Assembly: GCA_040954595.2 (NCBI GenBank)
Contig: CM082591.2
Coordinates: 4,929,009 to 4,993,008 of the forward strand
Length of the DNA stretch: 64,000 nucleotides
Direction: 5' to 3'
Source: Balanoglossus misakiensis
Taxonomy: Eukaryota; Animalia; Hemichordata
Shown: in pieces, positions 13,468-27,133 of the stretch
Layout: each line of letters opens with the position of its first letter
Numbering within the stretch: the first letter of the stretch is position 1
Translations under genes and position numbers: made by a program
Notes under the pieces: generated by a model
What the model was told of the DNA's origin: nothing
Databases searched by the model: none
The model's input: the letters and a program-made list of their open reading frames with translations, nothing else

Positions 13468-16400
13468 CTCTTAACCTTATCGACTCACAACTACACAAAA
13501 TGAAGAAAAGAATAATGACGACATTAGTCAGTAAAATAGTTTGTTACAAGGTGCAAAATTGTTTGTCGAGAGATTTTTAACACAAAGCACAAAGCCCCTA
13601 TATTCCTACTATATTCTTTGCGACATGAAGGTTTTCTGAAGTCGCTCTGAATAAGACCAAAAGTTAAGTTTTACATACTTTCTATAAACTCCGGGTTTGG
13701 CATATATATTGAATTTTGATGGTGGAGTGTTCAAGATAATTAATCGGTAATTTTTAATCATAAAAACGTTATACGGCGACCACTGATTTCAATGAATCTT
13801 TTGCGTTTATAAATATATATTAGGAAAAACCAATGATAGAAACCGGCAAACTCATTGGTCACTTTCTCGATATCTGGTGATTACCAGGTATAGTTTGAAA
13901 GCACTAGAACGACTTTTAAAGTTGTCGACCCAATTGCCCAGTTTTGTGCAGTACTACAACCGTGACGCTATAGTTTACCAAGCTGCCAATGATAAAGCCT
14001 TATCGCATGATTGCTCTTCCAATATCGTTAACACTCGTCAGTTGTTTACGTTTTTTTGTTTCTTTACGCGTCTTTTAAGAAATTTGTTTACACGCAGCAC
14101 TCAGGGTTAAGACAGTCATCGACAAACATAATTCTACTTCAAAGTACTTAGCGTCACTGACACGATAACTAGTGCTATTTTTTTACGATATCGTTCTTGG
14201 GTGTGTCGTTTCTCTCTATTGTGATTTAAAACACGTTGTCCCACAACATGGCACGTCCTGGTCCCTGTTGCCAACGACCTAGTTTACATTCGGGAATCAA
14301 AATTCCCGATTTCAGGACGCAGAAATTGAAACGAAGTCGTTTCATGGATAATTATATTGAATAATGCTATTATCATTACCGCAGCGTCGCGTGAAGTTGA
14401 AAAATTGTCGCCCGATTTAATGTTATAATTGGACAAGAAAAGTTATCGTCTGTAAGTTTTAAGGCACCGTCTCATTGACAAGCCTCTGGTCTTACCTTTG
14501 ACGTGGAAAGTACTTCGGCTACCTTTTGTCGGACAGAGAGATAAAACACACAAATATTCCAATCTGCAATACTGTTCACCCCCGTCCAGCCGCGACAGAA
14601 GGCAGTTTCTGCGACAACCAGCTCAGGCTGAGTTTACCTCGACCAAAGGTGTCAATAAAGGTTGTCTTTTGAATAGACCATTGTTACTAAGGGCGCCACT
14701 CGCTCATATATTTAAGAGTGAACGTTATTTGCATGCGGCGCGAGATGTTTGCCTTCTGACTGTCCTTGAGGGGTCGTCTACACCGAACGACCGACTTTGG
14801 CTGTCTCACCGGCGCTTTCAGTTTTAAATAAAAAGTTTCACTCCGAATAATAAAACTTATAGTCACATACTTTTGCCATGTTGTCCAAGTACTTAAGAAT
14901 CTCAGTCGAAGTCACTACATTAAATTGTTGTCTTTGTGAGCCGCGCAGAATAGAGCGTGTATGGATTTTTTTCTCTATGTAATATTGTTTTCAATCTATA
15001 CACGATCCCTTCCGCTGTTCACTTGCGCGAGTGAATACCTGTCCCATTGATAATAAATCGAGATGCGTGACCTTACCGTGACCCTAAAGTTTTTGCCTGA
15101 AAACAATCGCAAAAATTCTGATGTCACACGCAAACTGGCCGAAAAAAATTCCGACCATTTGGCGATTTTTAAGAACAATTGCAACCGAAAACGTGGCGAT
15201 GCTTCGCTTTTGAATAAAGAGTCTTGTTTTGACAACCTGCAGACCTCGAACCTTAGAGGTCATTTGAGGTCAGACCTTGCTATGTTTATAAATAACACTA
15301 CGCGAGGTGTTATGACGATGACCTAAATAATGTGACGTCACAAAATGAAGGCAACCCACAAAGAATAGATACAGGCTTTGTTCGGTTGAGGGATCTCAAT
15401 AAACGTAGGCCTAGTGGGAAAACGATTGGTATCTTAAGATATACTTCGAAGTCTTCGAATGACCGTTTGGTGGCGCACTTTTTTGCACAGAGAACGGGCG
15501 TGTACATGCATGTAATTGCACGATTTTCGTCGACTGCCCGCCACAATTCAAATATTAATAGGTTTATGTTGTCCATCTACAAAAAGTTTAGTCTTACCCT
15601 GCAACACATCGACATCCACATGGCTGTTGACTCTTCAAAGCGGTGTAAAACACTCGGTGACAACTCATCCACAACGACGAACTTGACATGGCTGCCATTT
15701 TGACAACTGGAAACAAATGACGTAAGAAGCTATGCACCCTGGGATAACCGGAAACAGGGCTGTCGTTCACAAACGTGGCAAACTAAATTTTAAAAGGCGC
15801 TTTGTTGTCACGGCAAATCTAGTCAACAAGCTATGAGGAGTGAATCCGTGACCAGATAAGAAAACAGAGCAGTGACGCCACACGTTTCGCGAGGATGTTC
15901 ACCTTATAACGGAAGTATTGCGGTAATAAAAATGTCGTCTTGAAAATCAGGACACAAAGTGTTGCAGATAAGAAACATCACAAACAAATAAGAACTAAAT
16001 AAGGCACTTTACTGACAAATATAAACAATAAACGACATTTTTCAGGCAAATATGAGGATAGCATATTAGTAAATATATAGGACACTTAATTGAAACACAG
16101 AAAAACGTTATCAAACACCGACATATATAATTGATAGAATATTATACATACAATATTGACATACAACTTATCTGGCACGTTATGACACATTAATGTCATA
16201 CTTGGCGAATATGTTACATAGCGATAACAATAGTTCAGTCGTCATAAGGGGAATTACTGCATGGGCATAAAGATCCCATAGTTATTAACTATTGACAGTG
16301 AAATTTTTAAGAACATGGAAAACAATAATTACAGTTTTATTATATCAAGTACTAGTATAAAAAACATGTCTCTGGTTGACTACCGACTGTCTTGAATATT

Positions 16401-16873
16401 TACACCGTGGACAATAATTTACACATTTCCATATCGGTAATATTTTTTTCTAAAGCTTTGAAGACTACCCGAAAATCTCTCTTGTCTCAAATAAGTCAAA
16501 AATAAAAATGGAAGTATTCCACTTGAAAGTAACAATAATTAAGTAATTAAATTGAAAATTCATTTATATACAAACAAACACATTGTACCCTCGCCCCAAT
16601 CTCTCTGTGTTGCTGTAATACTGAGTATCATAATATAAGGCAAAGTTATGGACCATCTGGTTAAATTTGCTCTAGGAGTTGATTAAAACAAACAATTTTA
16701 GGCTCATACCAGAGCTTCTTATGTAACATTATAATGGTTTAGGAGGGTATGATTTAGTAAAAGTAAAAGTAGCCAAGAGTTACAGCTAATGTTCCTTAAC
16801 GTTATAGACTCACAGCTTTCAACACACTTTCTCGCAATAAATCGATGAATCAGTGCTCTTCCATCGAGAGATC

Positions 16874-19341
16874 TTATTCGATTGAACGGATTAGCACGCA
16901 GCCACCGATGATTCCAATCAGCTGCAAAGCAATGACGCAAAGGTTACAGGTCAATTCATGATGTTATGTCTTTGTATCGGTCACTTTCATGACTCCTATA
17001 TGACCCCACATCCAGGTATGTTCTGTTAAAAATTCAACATTTTGGGACAAAAAAAAACACGTTTTTGGTCTCAGGGGAGACGTCCCCGACAGTGCAAAAC
17101 TATATCTTTTAGGTCATTAGTGGACGTACCTGCAAGACTGCTATTCCGATTGCCACGCCAGCGACGATGTATATGTTACTATCAACATAGTTTTTGAATG
17201 CTTGTACACAACCCTGTGGAATAGACAGACAGATTGTGAGTTAAACAGAGAAATCATTACAAAATAGTTGCCAATTAAATATAAGTACTGTGTAATATTT
17301 AATGCACTATCAATTTTTTGCACAAGTTTGTTTTTACCCAACGTGACGACATAGAAACCATGATACTGTAGTTGTCAATCGTGTAAAAGAAATTGTGCGC
17401 AACGGATAGTGGGTAATTAACAAATAAGGCCAATACACCTATTGCGAATCTTGAACGGTAACAGAAGTGCGGTATTTGAGCGATGGGTCTTGTATCATGT
17501 ATATAGAACCCACAAACATTGGTCAAAATGGTATTTCTTGGATGTGCAACTTCAATAGTTTCCATTATCTCGCCTCCTGTCCCATTTCTACCACTGGCTG
17601 TGCTGTGCTACAAGAAACGTAACACCACCACAGTTCTTACACAACGCATCAAGCGGTAGAAATGGACCGGCGAAGGGATCAGACAATACTTACATCACTG
17701 TTCCAGAAATCTGGATCCCCCTGATGGCAAAATGTCGTGTTTTTGTACTCCCCGGATTTTAGGCTGACCAATGTGCAACAGCTGTCGGGAAATAGTTTGT
17801 CGCCTTCATCGAACTGAGTGTAGACAAAGTCTTCCGGTCCGTTGATACCGCAGCACTCACCCTACAAATCATTGACAACAATGTAAGGGGAAACTTAGAA
17901 AAAGTGCGTCGTGTCGTTGGTGGCGCTATGTAGTCTCATTTGCACAAGGCAAGCAACCATTTGCTGTATTTTTACAAGTCATGTAGGAAAAAATGACACA
18001 ACAAACTTTCGGATCGGACCGTGGAGATTTCTCTGAAACGTTTCTAGCTTTACCCAGTGTGAACCAGGTATGTGATAGCCTTACCAGATGTTGGACGGTG
18101 TCCCACGATTTGGTGATGACATTATCGGCTCCATATTTGACGAACGTCTTGTTTGCTTCATTAGCCAGGAACACTTCAACATCGCCAGCACCGATGTAGA
18201 AAATCAAACCAGCGGCGACCAACTCGGCCACAAACATCAACAGGAGTATGATGGAGTACTGAAATGATAAATTACAAGACCATTTTGTATTTTTCAGACA
18301 GGCAGGACAAAAACTAAGGGGCAACCATGCGGATTCGTAGGAAACAAATTTATCTGAAATGCTACACTGTATACAAGTGTACTTCATTTCATGAACAACT
18401 GTACTGGACTATAGGTGCCAGAGTTTAAGGGTGGGTGTCGTCCCGTCTGCGGTTGCGCGCATGGGTCAAAAACGACACTGTCGCTTGGGCTGCACAACCT
18501 CAAGTTTTTTGTTGCCTGATATTTTTAAAAACCTGTCTTCATCACCTGTGAGCATCCACTCAATTTTGTCGAAAAACAAAACAAAACAATATCCGTTGAG
18601 ATTACAGGAGCACATCCAGTTCGCACCTGGTCAACATGCCTCGTTTATGTCTCGTTTGAAGTCGCAAATGCACCGTAAAACGTTCAACTCACCAGAACGA
18701 GAAGACATTTGTTTTCTCCGTACGCGCCGCAGCATCCCAGGAAAGCGATTACTGCAACGACGCCCCCGACGGCGATCAAAATGTAGACGGCACTCTTGAT
18801 GAGGGCGTTGTCAAGCACTTGACTGAAGGACCCGTAACTCACCACACTCCAGATGCCAACGCCCAACATTGCTGCTCCACACAGCTGTGAAATAAAACAA
18901 CAATAAACTTGGTACACTGGTTTCGCATCATAGTACGTTTATAGAAGTATAATGCTACTTCAAACACACCAAAAGAAGCATGTGAAACACCTTTAGGGCG
19001 CTTTCATATATTATAACAAGGGGTGGGCCAGAGGAATTGAAGTAGGGTTACATTTTACAAACTTGTCCTGGTGGGTGGGTCACATTCTAGCATTAAGCCC
19101 ACCCCTCATAATAAATGAAAACTCCCTTAACAAAGTCTTCCCGTGAATTTTTCTTCACGAAAGTTTACTCGTATATATATATTATACACATATATAAGTC
19201 AGTATTCTCTACATATATCTCTGTCTGTGTACGAATATTACACAAATCATGCAGAATTCATATAATACTTACAAAGATGATAATGTTGACGATGAAGAGT
19301 AGATATTTCATACATTTTGAACAACCTTCAAGTTCCGTCAT
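16874..19341 (-). CDS. Tetraspanin paralog 3 (~244 aa)
   Basis: Exons 19273-19341 (MTELEGCSKCMKYLLF..), 18693-18884 (..FLGCCGAYGENKCLL), 18085-18258, 17694-17861 (GECCGINGP..PDSCC), 17130-17213, 16874-16921 (LIGIIGGCVLIRSIE*). Confidence 0.95.
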
Positions 19342-20202
19342 TTTTCCTCAAGTGGTTGTTTTTGTAACAAAAGGCGATCTGGAAATTAAAACAAAATAAA
19401 CAGAGTTGATGTCAGGAAAAAAGTCCACGTGTGTTACCGTGATCGCCACGACAGCGAGAAAAAAAAACAGATGTTATCCGTAAATATCGTATATTGTGTG
19501 CAATAAAGATTTCAGAAATGTCCATTTTCGCTTCCCCTTCGTGTATACAAGGTATCGGCTAAGGATGGACTTCTTCGTTTCTCTTCTCTGAGAAATATAT
19601 ACGACGTGTTTCACTTCTGCACGACTTTCAAGTAAACATTTGTGTAAATTGTTTCGAACGATAACATTTTCACTCTGGGTCAGTGTAGTGTAAGCAAGGC
19701 GCATGTAACTGGAACTATTTTAGAAGGCAAACGTCGTGCATGGACAGGGTTCATGGTGACGTCACCGCGCGTATGCGTTTAAATTGATTTACAACAACAA
19801 AAAGCAAATGTCAACCGCGGTCAAATGACTCCTGTTGTTGGCATTGCCCACAGCAAACATCCGCAATCAAAATCCTTTCTTTAGAAAGTTTGGTGATTTT
19901 TGACTCCTTAGTTCCTGTATGGATCCGGGATAACGCTACGTAAGCGTAGTTAATCGACTTCACAATTAAACTCAATTTGATTTTTGAAGTTCTACTGGCC
20001 GAACTGTGTTTATAGCCCTCTCACAGTTGTAATTTCTCGAACACAATGTTAACAGTGAGTGTTCAGTCAAGCACGACGTACGCACGGACGATCTTATGTT
20101 ACAGAATGTTTCTTCGTATAATAAACCGGTCTTGGCCGACGTACCCGTTGAATCGACTACGGGAATCAACAAGTGGTGTGCATGGCCACAGTCGCTTGTG
20201 AG

Positions 20203-20283
20203 CTCCAAGTCTGCTCTGCGCGTACGCGCATTAAGGCGCATACGCCTCCCCTGGATACGCGTACGCGCAGAGCAGATTTGGAG
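20203..20283. other. GC-rich hairpin / inverted repeat (26-bp arms, 1 mismatch)
   Basis: ctccaagtctgctctgcgcgtacgcg (20203-20228) pairs with cgcgtacgcgcagagcagatttggag (20258-20283). Confidence 0.85.
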
Positions 20284-21989
20284 GCGTGACTTAGTCGGCG
20301 TTTCGCCTTGCAATTTAACAGAAGTTGTTTCTCAGTGGTCTTTTCGTGATGAGGTCGTATACTTGTTTAACGTTGCCAAGATAATTTTGGAAACATCGTC
20401 TCGCTTCAATTATCGAGGACAAAGGCGCGAGTGAAAACCGGTGTTGAGCTGCGCACGTGTGTATAGATGAGCAATAAACTGAAAATAACCCGGGGCAGGT
20501 TGGAGACTTGGAGTATTGTTCAGTTTGACCGGACCCCATTCACCGCCTGCTGAGAAACCGTAGTGGTCGTTTCAGGCATCTCCACCAGGAAGTAGTCTTA
20601 TTTAATACCTCAGACAACTACGTTTGTCCGAATAGAACAACTGCAAACTAAGTTTAGTCGTCAAATAACTTTAAACTATGTCAGTGGTGACGTTTCTTAA
20701 AATTATCCTGACTTTGCAAATTAAAAAAAGTACGTTTCGACGACGGGAGACACGATAATTATGAGTAGAGTAGTCAAATTATTCGTCCAAAAGTTAGTTT
20801 TAATTGTCATACTCATCGTGGGAATATATCCACTGGGCCTGTCTGGTTGCAACCCAAAGAATTGTATCACTGACGACGAAAAGTTGCCGATATGGTCGCA
20901 TGTTTTATCGCGTGGTAAGGAAGCCCGATCGCATGTCGATTATCGGACACGAGAATCGACACATGATCGCTTAACTGCGGCCTTCGTGATCACTGATCCG
21001 CGAGCACCTCGTAAACACAATACAAGTCACCAGAGTCACGGCAGAAATAGTATAGAGAACTTAATTTATTTCGCCTTATACCAACGCATTTCGCCCTCTA
21101 ACTAGACGCGCTCACTTGAACTTGACGCGAGTACAGTTTGACGGTCGTTGTAATCGGAAAGACAGGTGCTGACATTTTCAAAGTCAAACACCGTCACCAT
21201 TTCACTGAGATAGACCTACTCAGCGTACAGTGTTTGGCTTCGCTTCAAAAATATGTGATTAATTGCATGTCGTTTTTTTCATAATTTATGGTCAAGTATG
21301 CCCACCGCAGTTATAAAAGGAAACAGGACTGTAGAACGCCCATTGTTACAAAACGACAGAATTGGCGTTCAAAAAAACTGCCCTGCTTCGTCTACAAGGA
21401 ATTTGGGAAAGCCGTGACCTCGAATGTCTTTACGCTCCATAAATCACTGTGTTTCAACTATTCGTACTTCTCCTTTGACAACTAAAATGGCAACCGACCG
21501 CTAAGATCCGGGAGCATTTTTTTCAGACTTTGGATTACACTGTGGAAATTAACTCTATACGAGGTAATACTAGTAATTTCAACCATTTAGGGGGCCAGCG
21601 CTCGTATTATAGTAAAGTCGTTAGTGAGCCCGTTTGTATGACTTCGAGAGGTACAAGTATGAAGTTAGTGGAAATTTTACGTATATGCACTATAAATTTC
21701 GTATCTCACCACGAGTACTAGTGGAACATTAAACACATATCTACATGGAATAAAACACACAATAGTTTGGTACATGGAAATTCGGTGAGATAAAACGACC
21801 ACGAAAGCCTACCTTTTTACCTCCAAACGAGAACTGTGTGTGAAAAGTAGTATCGAGAGAAATGTTATACTACAATGAGCTCCTTCAACGTGGTTGTACA
21901 TGTAATAAAAAAGACCAAAGGTGGAAAACAAACAACTGATGCTCTACATCATAACACCGAAAATAGAATCTAATTTGCATATGGAAGTA

Positions 21990-22496
21990 ATTGGTTAATA
22001 CTTTCTTTACCTTTGGTGGGGACGCATGAGCGCGCAGGCCTACGTCACCGCAGAATGCACGAGCGTGTGAATCACTTTTTATTGGCCGGTCTTCAAACAG
22101 ACGCTGTGACGTCATTTATAGCTGAGTTTAACCCTAACTCTGCGCGTGTATTTTTTCCATCTAATTGATAAAATTATCACACCTTGATCGAGATTTACGG
22201 GCACCGCACATCACAACTTTTCGCGACTTGTGACCCAAAGGAAACGTGTTGTTTTGGAGCAACTGCCTTGCCTTGCGGGTGAATGACTTAAACCGGTCTT
22301 GTGTAAGATTTCTTAGTAAACAAAACATGTTTTTTGATTGGTATGGCAACCGACTGGAACAAACTTTACAGGTATGCGCACCCCGTAAAAGTGCAAGCAT
22401 GGACGAAGCAATGAATGACGGGATCGAAGTGACGTCATATCAAGCAAGAGCCAGACGAAAGCAGATTTCAAGTGAGCGCTGGTGGCGCTTTTCAAA
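21990..22496. promoter_or_regulatory. CpG-rich promoter of EMC10, possibly shared with tetraspanin 3
   Basis: Two perfect CRE palindromes TGACGTCA (~22107, ~22430), ATTGG boxes (~21990, 22081), YY1-like AAAATGGCG at the EMC10 start, and a candidate minus-strand donor at ~22010. Confidence 0.5.
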
Positions 22497-25042
22497 ATGG
22501 CGACGTCCACACATGTCTACAGGGTTTCGGTGATCTTTGTCGTGTTTTTCGCCTTTATTGCGTCGGCATCGAAGCGGGTAAGTCAGATCTAACTTGCTCC
22601 ACGTTATTTAGTGGCAAAGTAAACATCGAGGGCTCCAAATATTACGAAATTTCGCCGGAGAATCGTGTTTTGTATCTCCGATTGCGACGATGTCTCAACA
22701 CAACATTTACACTCGGTCAACACAGGTCACAAGCGTTTAACCCGTTCGTTAGTTTATCTGTCAAAAGTTGAATTCAACAGTAATGGACACAAACCTCGAA
22801 TGCCACCCTGTCGTTCAATGTAGAATACAGCGCCATGGTGTACATATCAAGTTACATTGTGTACTGTATGTGCTATCCAGCTCAGCTCCTGCGTCGTATC
22901 TGCTAGTGACATATTTTCCGAATAAATTTTCTTACCTTGATAGGTGGACGACATTGATTCTGGAGGTAACCTTATACTGCCAATACAGCATGCCATCGGA
23001 CTAGGTAAGTTATTTCTCGAGCTGGGTATTTTCGTCTACAGAACTTCAGAAACTGAGTACAGCTCGTGTTCTTTTCTGACGAGCTAAGACCTGGGCGAGC
23101 TATAGGTTGTCCAATGACAGCCAGCTCCCCGTTGTTTTATGTAGTCTGTGCTATTGTTATTGTAATTATATGCTAATGAGATGAGTATAGCCTACAGAAT
23201 ACAGTCATATCAAGGAAAGTTGAAGTAAGTTGAACAGTATACAGGTCTCCTGAATAGATGTTGTGTTTGGCCTAAAAGTAAATATACCAGACATGGGCAC
23301 TGTTCATAGCTCTTGCAATTACATTTTCAGGTCCAGGTGTAGAATTCACAGATCGGGGGAATCTCTTGTTCCGTTCTCTGAAAGGTACTATAGGTACACA
23401 TGTGCAGAGAGAATCGCTCGACGCAGATTTCAGAGACAAGATTAGGGTGAGTCAGTCCACTTCATGCCATCCCTAGTATAGTCCATACAACACAGTACAC
23501 TGTATCGCAACACAACATACTCAACCACAGGATATTAACTCACGACACTATATCACCATACACCACATACTAAGTCTAACGCATAACACGTTCAGGAATC
23601 AGACCGCGCCACACGATTACACACCACAGCAGGGGACAGGGAGGGGGATACATCGTGATCACAATCACCTCACATCATTTGGCTTTGTTCTCACAGGATG
23701 CATCCACTGATACAAATGTCCTGTATCGGATCCGAGTGCCAACAAAGATTACCTATGGAGAAGAGGAACACAAGCAATATGTGTCATCGTTTATCCGAGC
23801 TGTGAGTACCAAGTGATTTCCTTCTGATTTAACTACTATACCACCTCTATCAATGACTAGGCCTTCATCCCCTCACTACTTTGGTTTGATCCAAATCCAT
23901 TGCCTTCTGAGGTAAAGTTTGAACCTCTTTTCAGGTCAGGGTGTATGGGTTAACTGGCATGAAAATGGCTTTGTAGTGGCAACGAAGATTGAAGTGAGCT
24001 TGTTCATGACACATAGCATGCAACACTGACTAGTCATATGCTGAGCTCAAAAAAGTAAATTGAATCCAATGTCATTATGTACATGTTTATCTATAAGCAG
24101 AAGAGAAATGCTAAGTAATACAAAACTCAGTGCTGGTGATTAAATTCTTGCTTTTTGTTCCGACAGTGTTCATTGTACGAGTCTCGGCTCAGTGATACGC
24201 TCACTGTGACCATCGACCAATCAGGGAACGTGTTAGGTATCAACATCGAGGCGTTGGTGGGCGAATGCGACGGCAACGACATCGACGACTCTGAGCTGAG
24301 TATTTTCAACACAACGGTGGACTTGTCTACCATCACCACCGGTCCAGTGTAAGTGAATCCTAGCATGGGCTAGCCACCTGGCGATCAACCAATCAGAGAC
24401 CAGTATTTAGGCACCAAGACTGAAATTGCTATGAATTAGAATTTTGTTCCAAGTTTAACCGAAATGAAGGCTGTGTAAATGTATACATAGACGGTACTAT
24501 GTGATTTTTTTTGGAACATAAACTGACTGTGAATTAAAGAATATTTACTAGTAGCCAGTTCACAAGTCCGGGAATTTGAAATAATTCCTTGTGAGTCCTG
24601 GATAAAATCTGATTTATTCCTGGATAAATTCCTGAAAAATTTAAAAGTTGTTAAAACTAATGTTCACAAATATATTCACACAGCCCAGATACACAGGCAT
24701 ACATTCAAAAAATAGAAGAAGAAAAAGCGCAGAGAGAGAAAGGAAACTCGACAGAACAAAAATCATTCTTTGGTAAATATGTGAGTATGAGTTTTCACTG
24801 TTCTTACCTACAGCTATTCAGCTTGACTCCATTACCAGCACATTTCATGGAATATCAACAACTCATCTTGTTGTGATACCATAAATATCTTTGACACAGT
24901 CGCCTCTTACAATACTGGTCAATATTATCGTCTTCTCATTTTGTCTATGTTTCAGTGGATGTACATCGTTCCCATAGTTCTCTTCCTGATGCTGTCGTCG
25001 GCTCAAGATCCAAATGCGCAGAGAGGGGGTGGGGGAAATTAA
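22497..25042 (+). CDS. EMC10: ER membrane protein complex subunit 10 (~242 aa)
   Basis: Exons 22497-22577 (signal peptide), 22944-23004, 23331-23446 (FTDRGNLLF..), 23697-23801 (LYRIRVP..VSSFIRA), 24167-24348 (CSLYESRLSDTLTVTID..FNTTV), 24684-24780 (PDTQAYIQKIEEEK..KSFFGKY), 24956-25042 (WMYIVPIVLFLML..). These are hallmark EMC10 motifs, and the splice phases are consistent. Confidence 0.95.
23861..23953 (-). mobile_element. Degenerate piggyBac-like MITE copy in EMC10 intron
   Basis: tggtttgatccaaatccattg..ggtaaagtttgaacctct..gggttaa resembles the 8001 copy. Confidence 0.55.
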
Positions 25043-27133
25043 AAAATATCTGTTTTGTGTTTTCAAGTGGGGCATTTTTGAATAATTTGTACGAAAGAAG
25101 GAAAATTTGGTAGACAAAGTGATGGTACAAATTTTTGAAACACAAGATTGACTGACAAGTGACGAGTGTTATGTACAGTAGAGGAATTGTGAACTGCCAG
25201 TACTTCTGTGATGGGGAACATGTGAAGAAACTCTGAAAAATGCTTTAAAAAATTTCAGTCTGCCGTTTTCAATCTTACACTCGTAACCTAAATTATTAGA
25301 AATTTTGAGACCTTAGTCACCTTAGGTCTTCAGTCTCTGATCAAGGAAGTGACCTAACTTATTGGAAGTTTTGACATGAATTGAAGAAAATAATATTTGC
25401 TGATTATTGTAAGAAACCACTCACAGCAACCTTGGAATTTCAATGCCTCGGTTGGCTGCATTTTTTTTTCACGATTTGAGTTTCTAATAAAAGTTATGAC
25501 AAGGTCACCAACCATGTCATTCTCACTAAGAGACACGCGTTTGCTTGTTATTACACTGCTGTCGGGGAAAAACATTTTCTGATATTCTCTCAACATTTGC
25601 TGGAAAATCTTTATTATTGTTAATTAAAAATCAAAAACAACATCCAACAAATGATACTGAAACTGGAATAAAATGACCGAGATATACATACATTTGTGGA
25701 GAGAGATTTTTAAAAAGGCAACAATGGAGTGATATGTACATTATGGTACAATACTGCTGATTGGCCGCAAAGTGATATGAAACAGCCACACTGATAGGCT
25801 GAAAACAAGTAAGCTAAGAACAAAATATGAAGCATCTAAAACCAGCCTCTTCAATACCAAGCCTCTGTGTAAATGAGGAAAAATATGATTTCTGAATGAC
25901 TTAAAATGAAAGAAACTTATTCGTGACATCAGTGATATGTTTAAAACTCCCAATCTTGAAAATATTACAAATAAAATAGAAAGTAATAACTATCCGGTTT
26001 TGGACGAACGAGAAATTGATAAATGAATGCTGAAGTTATCTGTCAAATTCTGGCAGTAAACCTGCAAATAATACTTTAGTTTTGTCTTTTCCAAATCTGA
26101 TATATATAATGTTTTATCCCGTCAAATTTTTCAACACTGATGCCTACCATTAAAATCCTGAACAAATTTATAGCTTAGGGGATGTGCATGGATGATTTAA
26201 TTTAGTTGAGGTAAGTTAAAAAAATAAAAACCCTGATTCAGAATTCTGACTGTGTTATATACAATATGTACTCTATCATCACAGCAAATTTGCTAGTTTC
26301 TCATCATTGGTTTTGTCTGGATTTATGGTAAAAGCCCAGGGTCGCAAACTAAAACGAATAGTTTGGAAAGCGTAGATGGACATGACATACATATAGAGTA
26401 TCATCTAAATATATTAGGTATCTACCAAAGTAATGTATGGGAGGCTTGACTTCACATACCAATTATTAGCCCTCTCATATAACAAATTATGGACATGCCC
26501 TGAGATTAGGAGGGTATCAAACAGAATCAACAGAATGAAGGGCCATTGATGAGACAAAATGACACTTACGTCACAGCAGATAGGTTTCCACCCAAAACAA
26601 AACTCCAACAAGCAACATTGTATAAAATGAACCAACTGACAAATTTCAATATCCCGTCCAACTTTGAACTTACCCACCCATAAAACCGACTATTCGCCAT
26701 TAAAATTTATAAAATTGTATGCCACCAGTTTTCTACAGGTTGTGGCTAGTTAGGTATCAAAATAGACAACATCACTAAACTAATGCAGTGTTCTCCCTAG
26801 AAGGTTATCCTCATCCCTTAGTGTAACAATAATCTAAGGTACATGAACCATTGACAATAAGTCATAACTCTCAAGTTTTGATATTTTAACAATACTAATT
26901 AATACACTTTGCACTGACATAGCTTGTACCAAGGATTGGATGTCCAAAGCACTGCCTATCATTCCATTAGGACCAGCCCCTGTGCAACAATGTAGCTCCA
27001 GGGAGAACACTGCAAATACTTGTAATGGCAATATCACTTCCTTTTACCCCATTTTTGATAATTTTCTGCTTTTGTATGAAGACACTTATCTTGGTATTCC
27101 CATCTTCACTGTTTTGATGACTTTTCTTCTTAC

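Noticed and set aside
14400-15750. Overlapping 80-120 aa ORFs upstream of tetraspanin 2
   Set aside because: No homology cues; more likely a CpG-rich promoter or repeat region.
26834-27037. ORF as the last exon of tetraspanin 4
   Set aside because: No phase-0 AG acceptor; 27134-27190 fits the paralogs much better.
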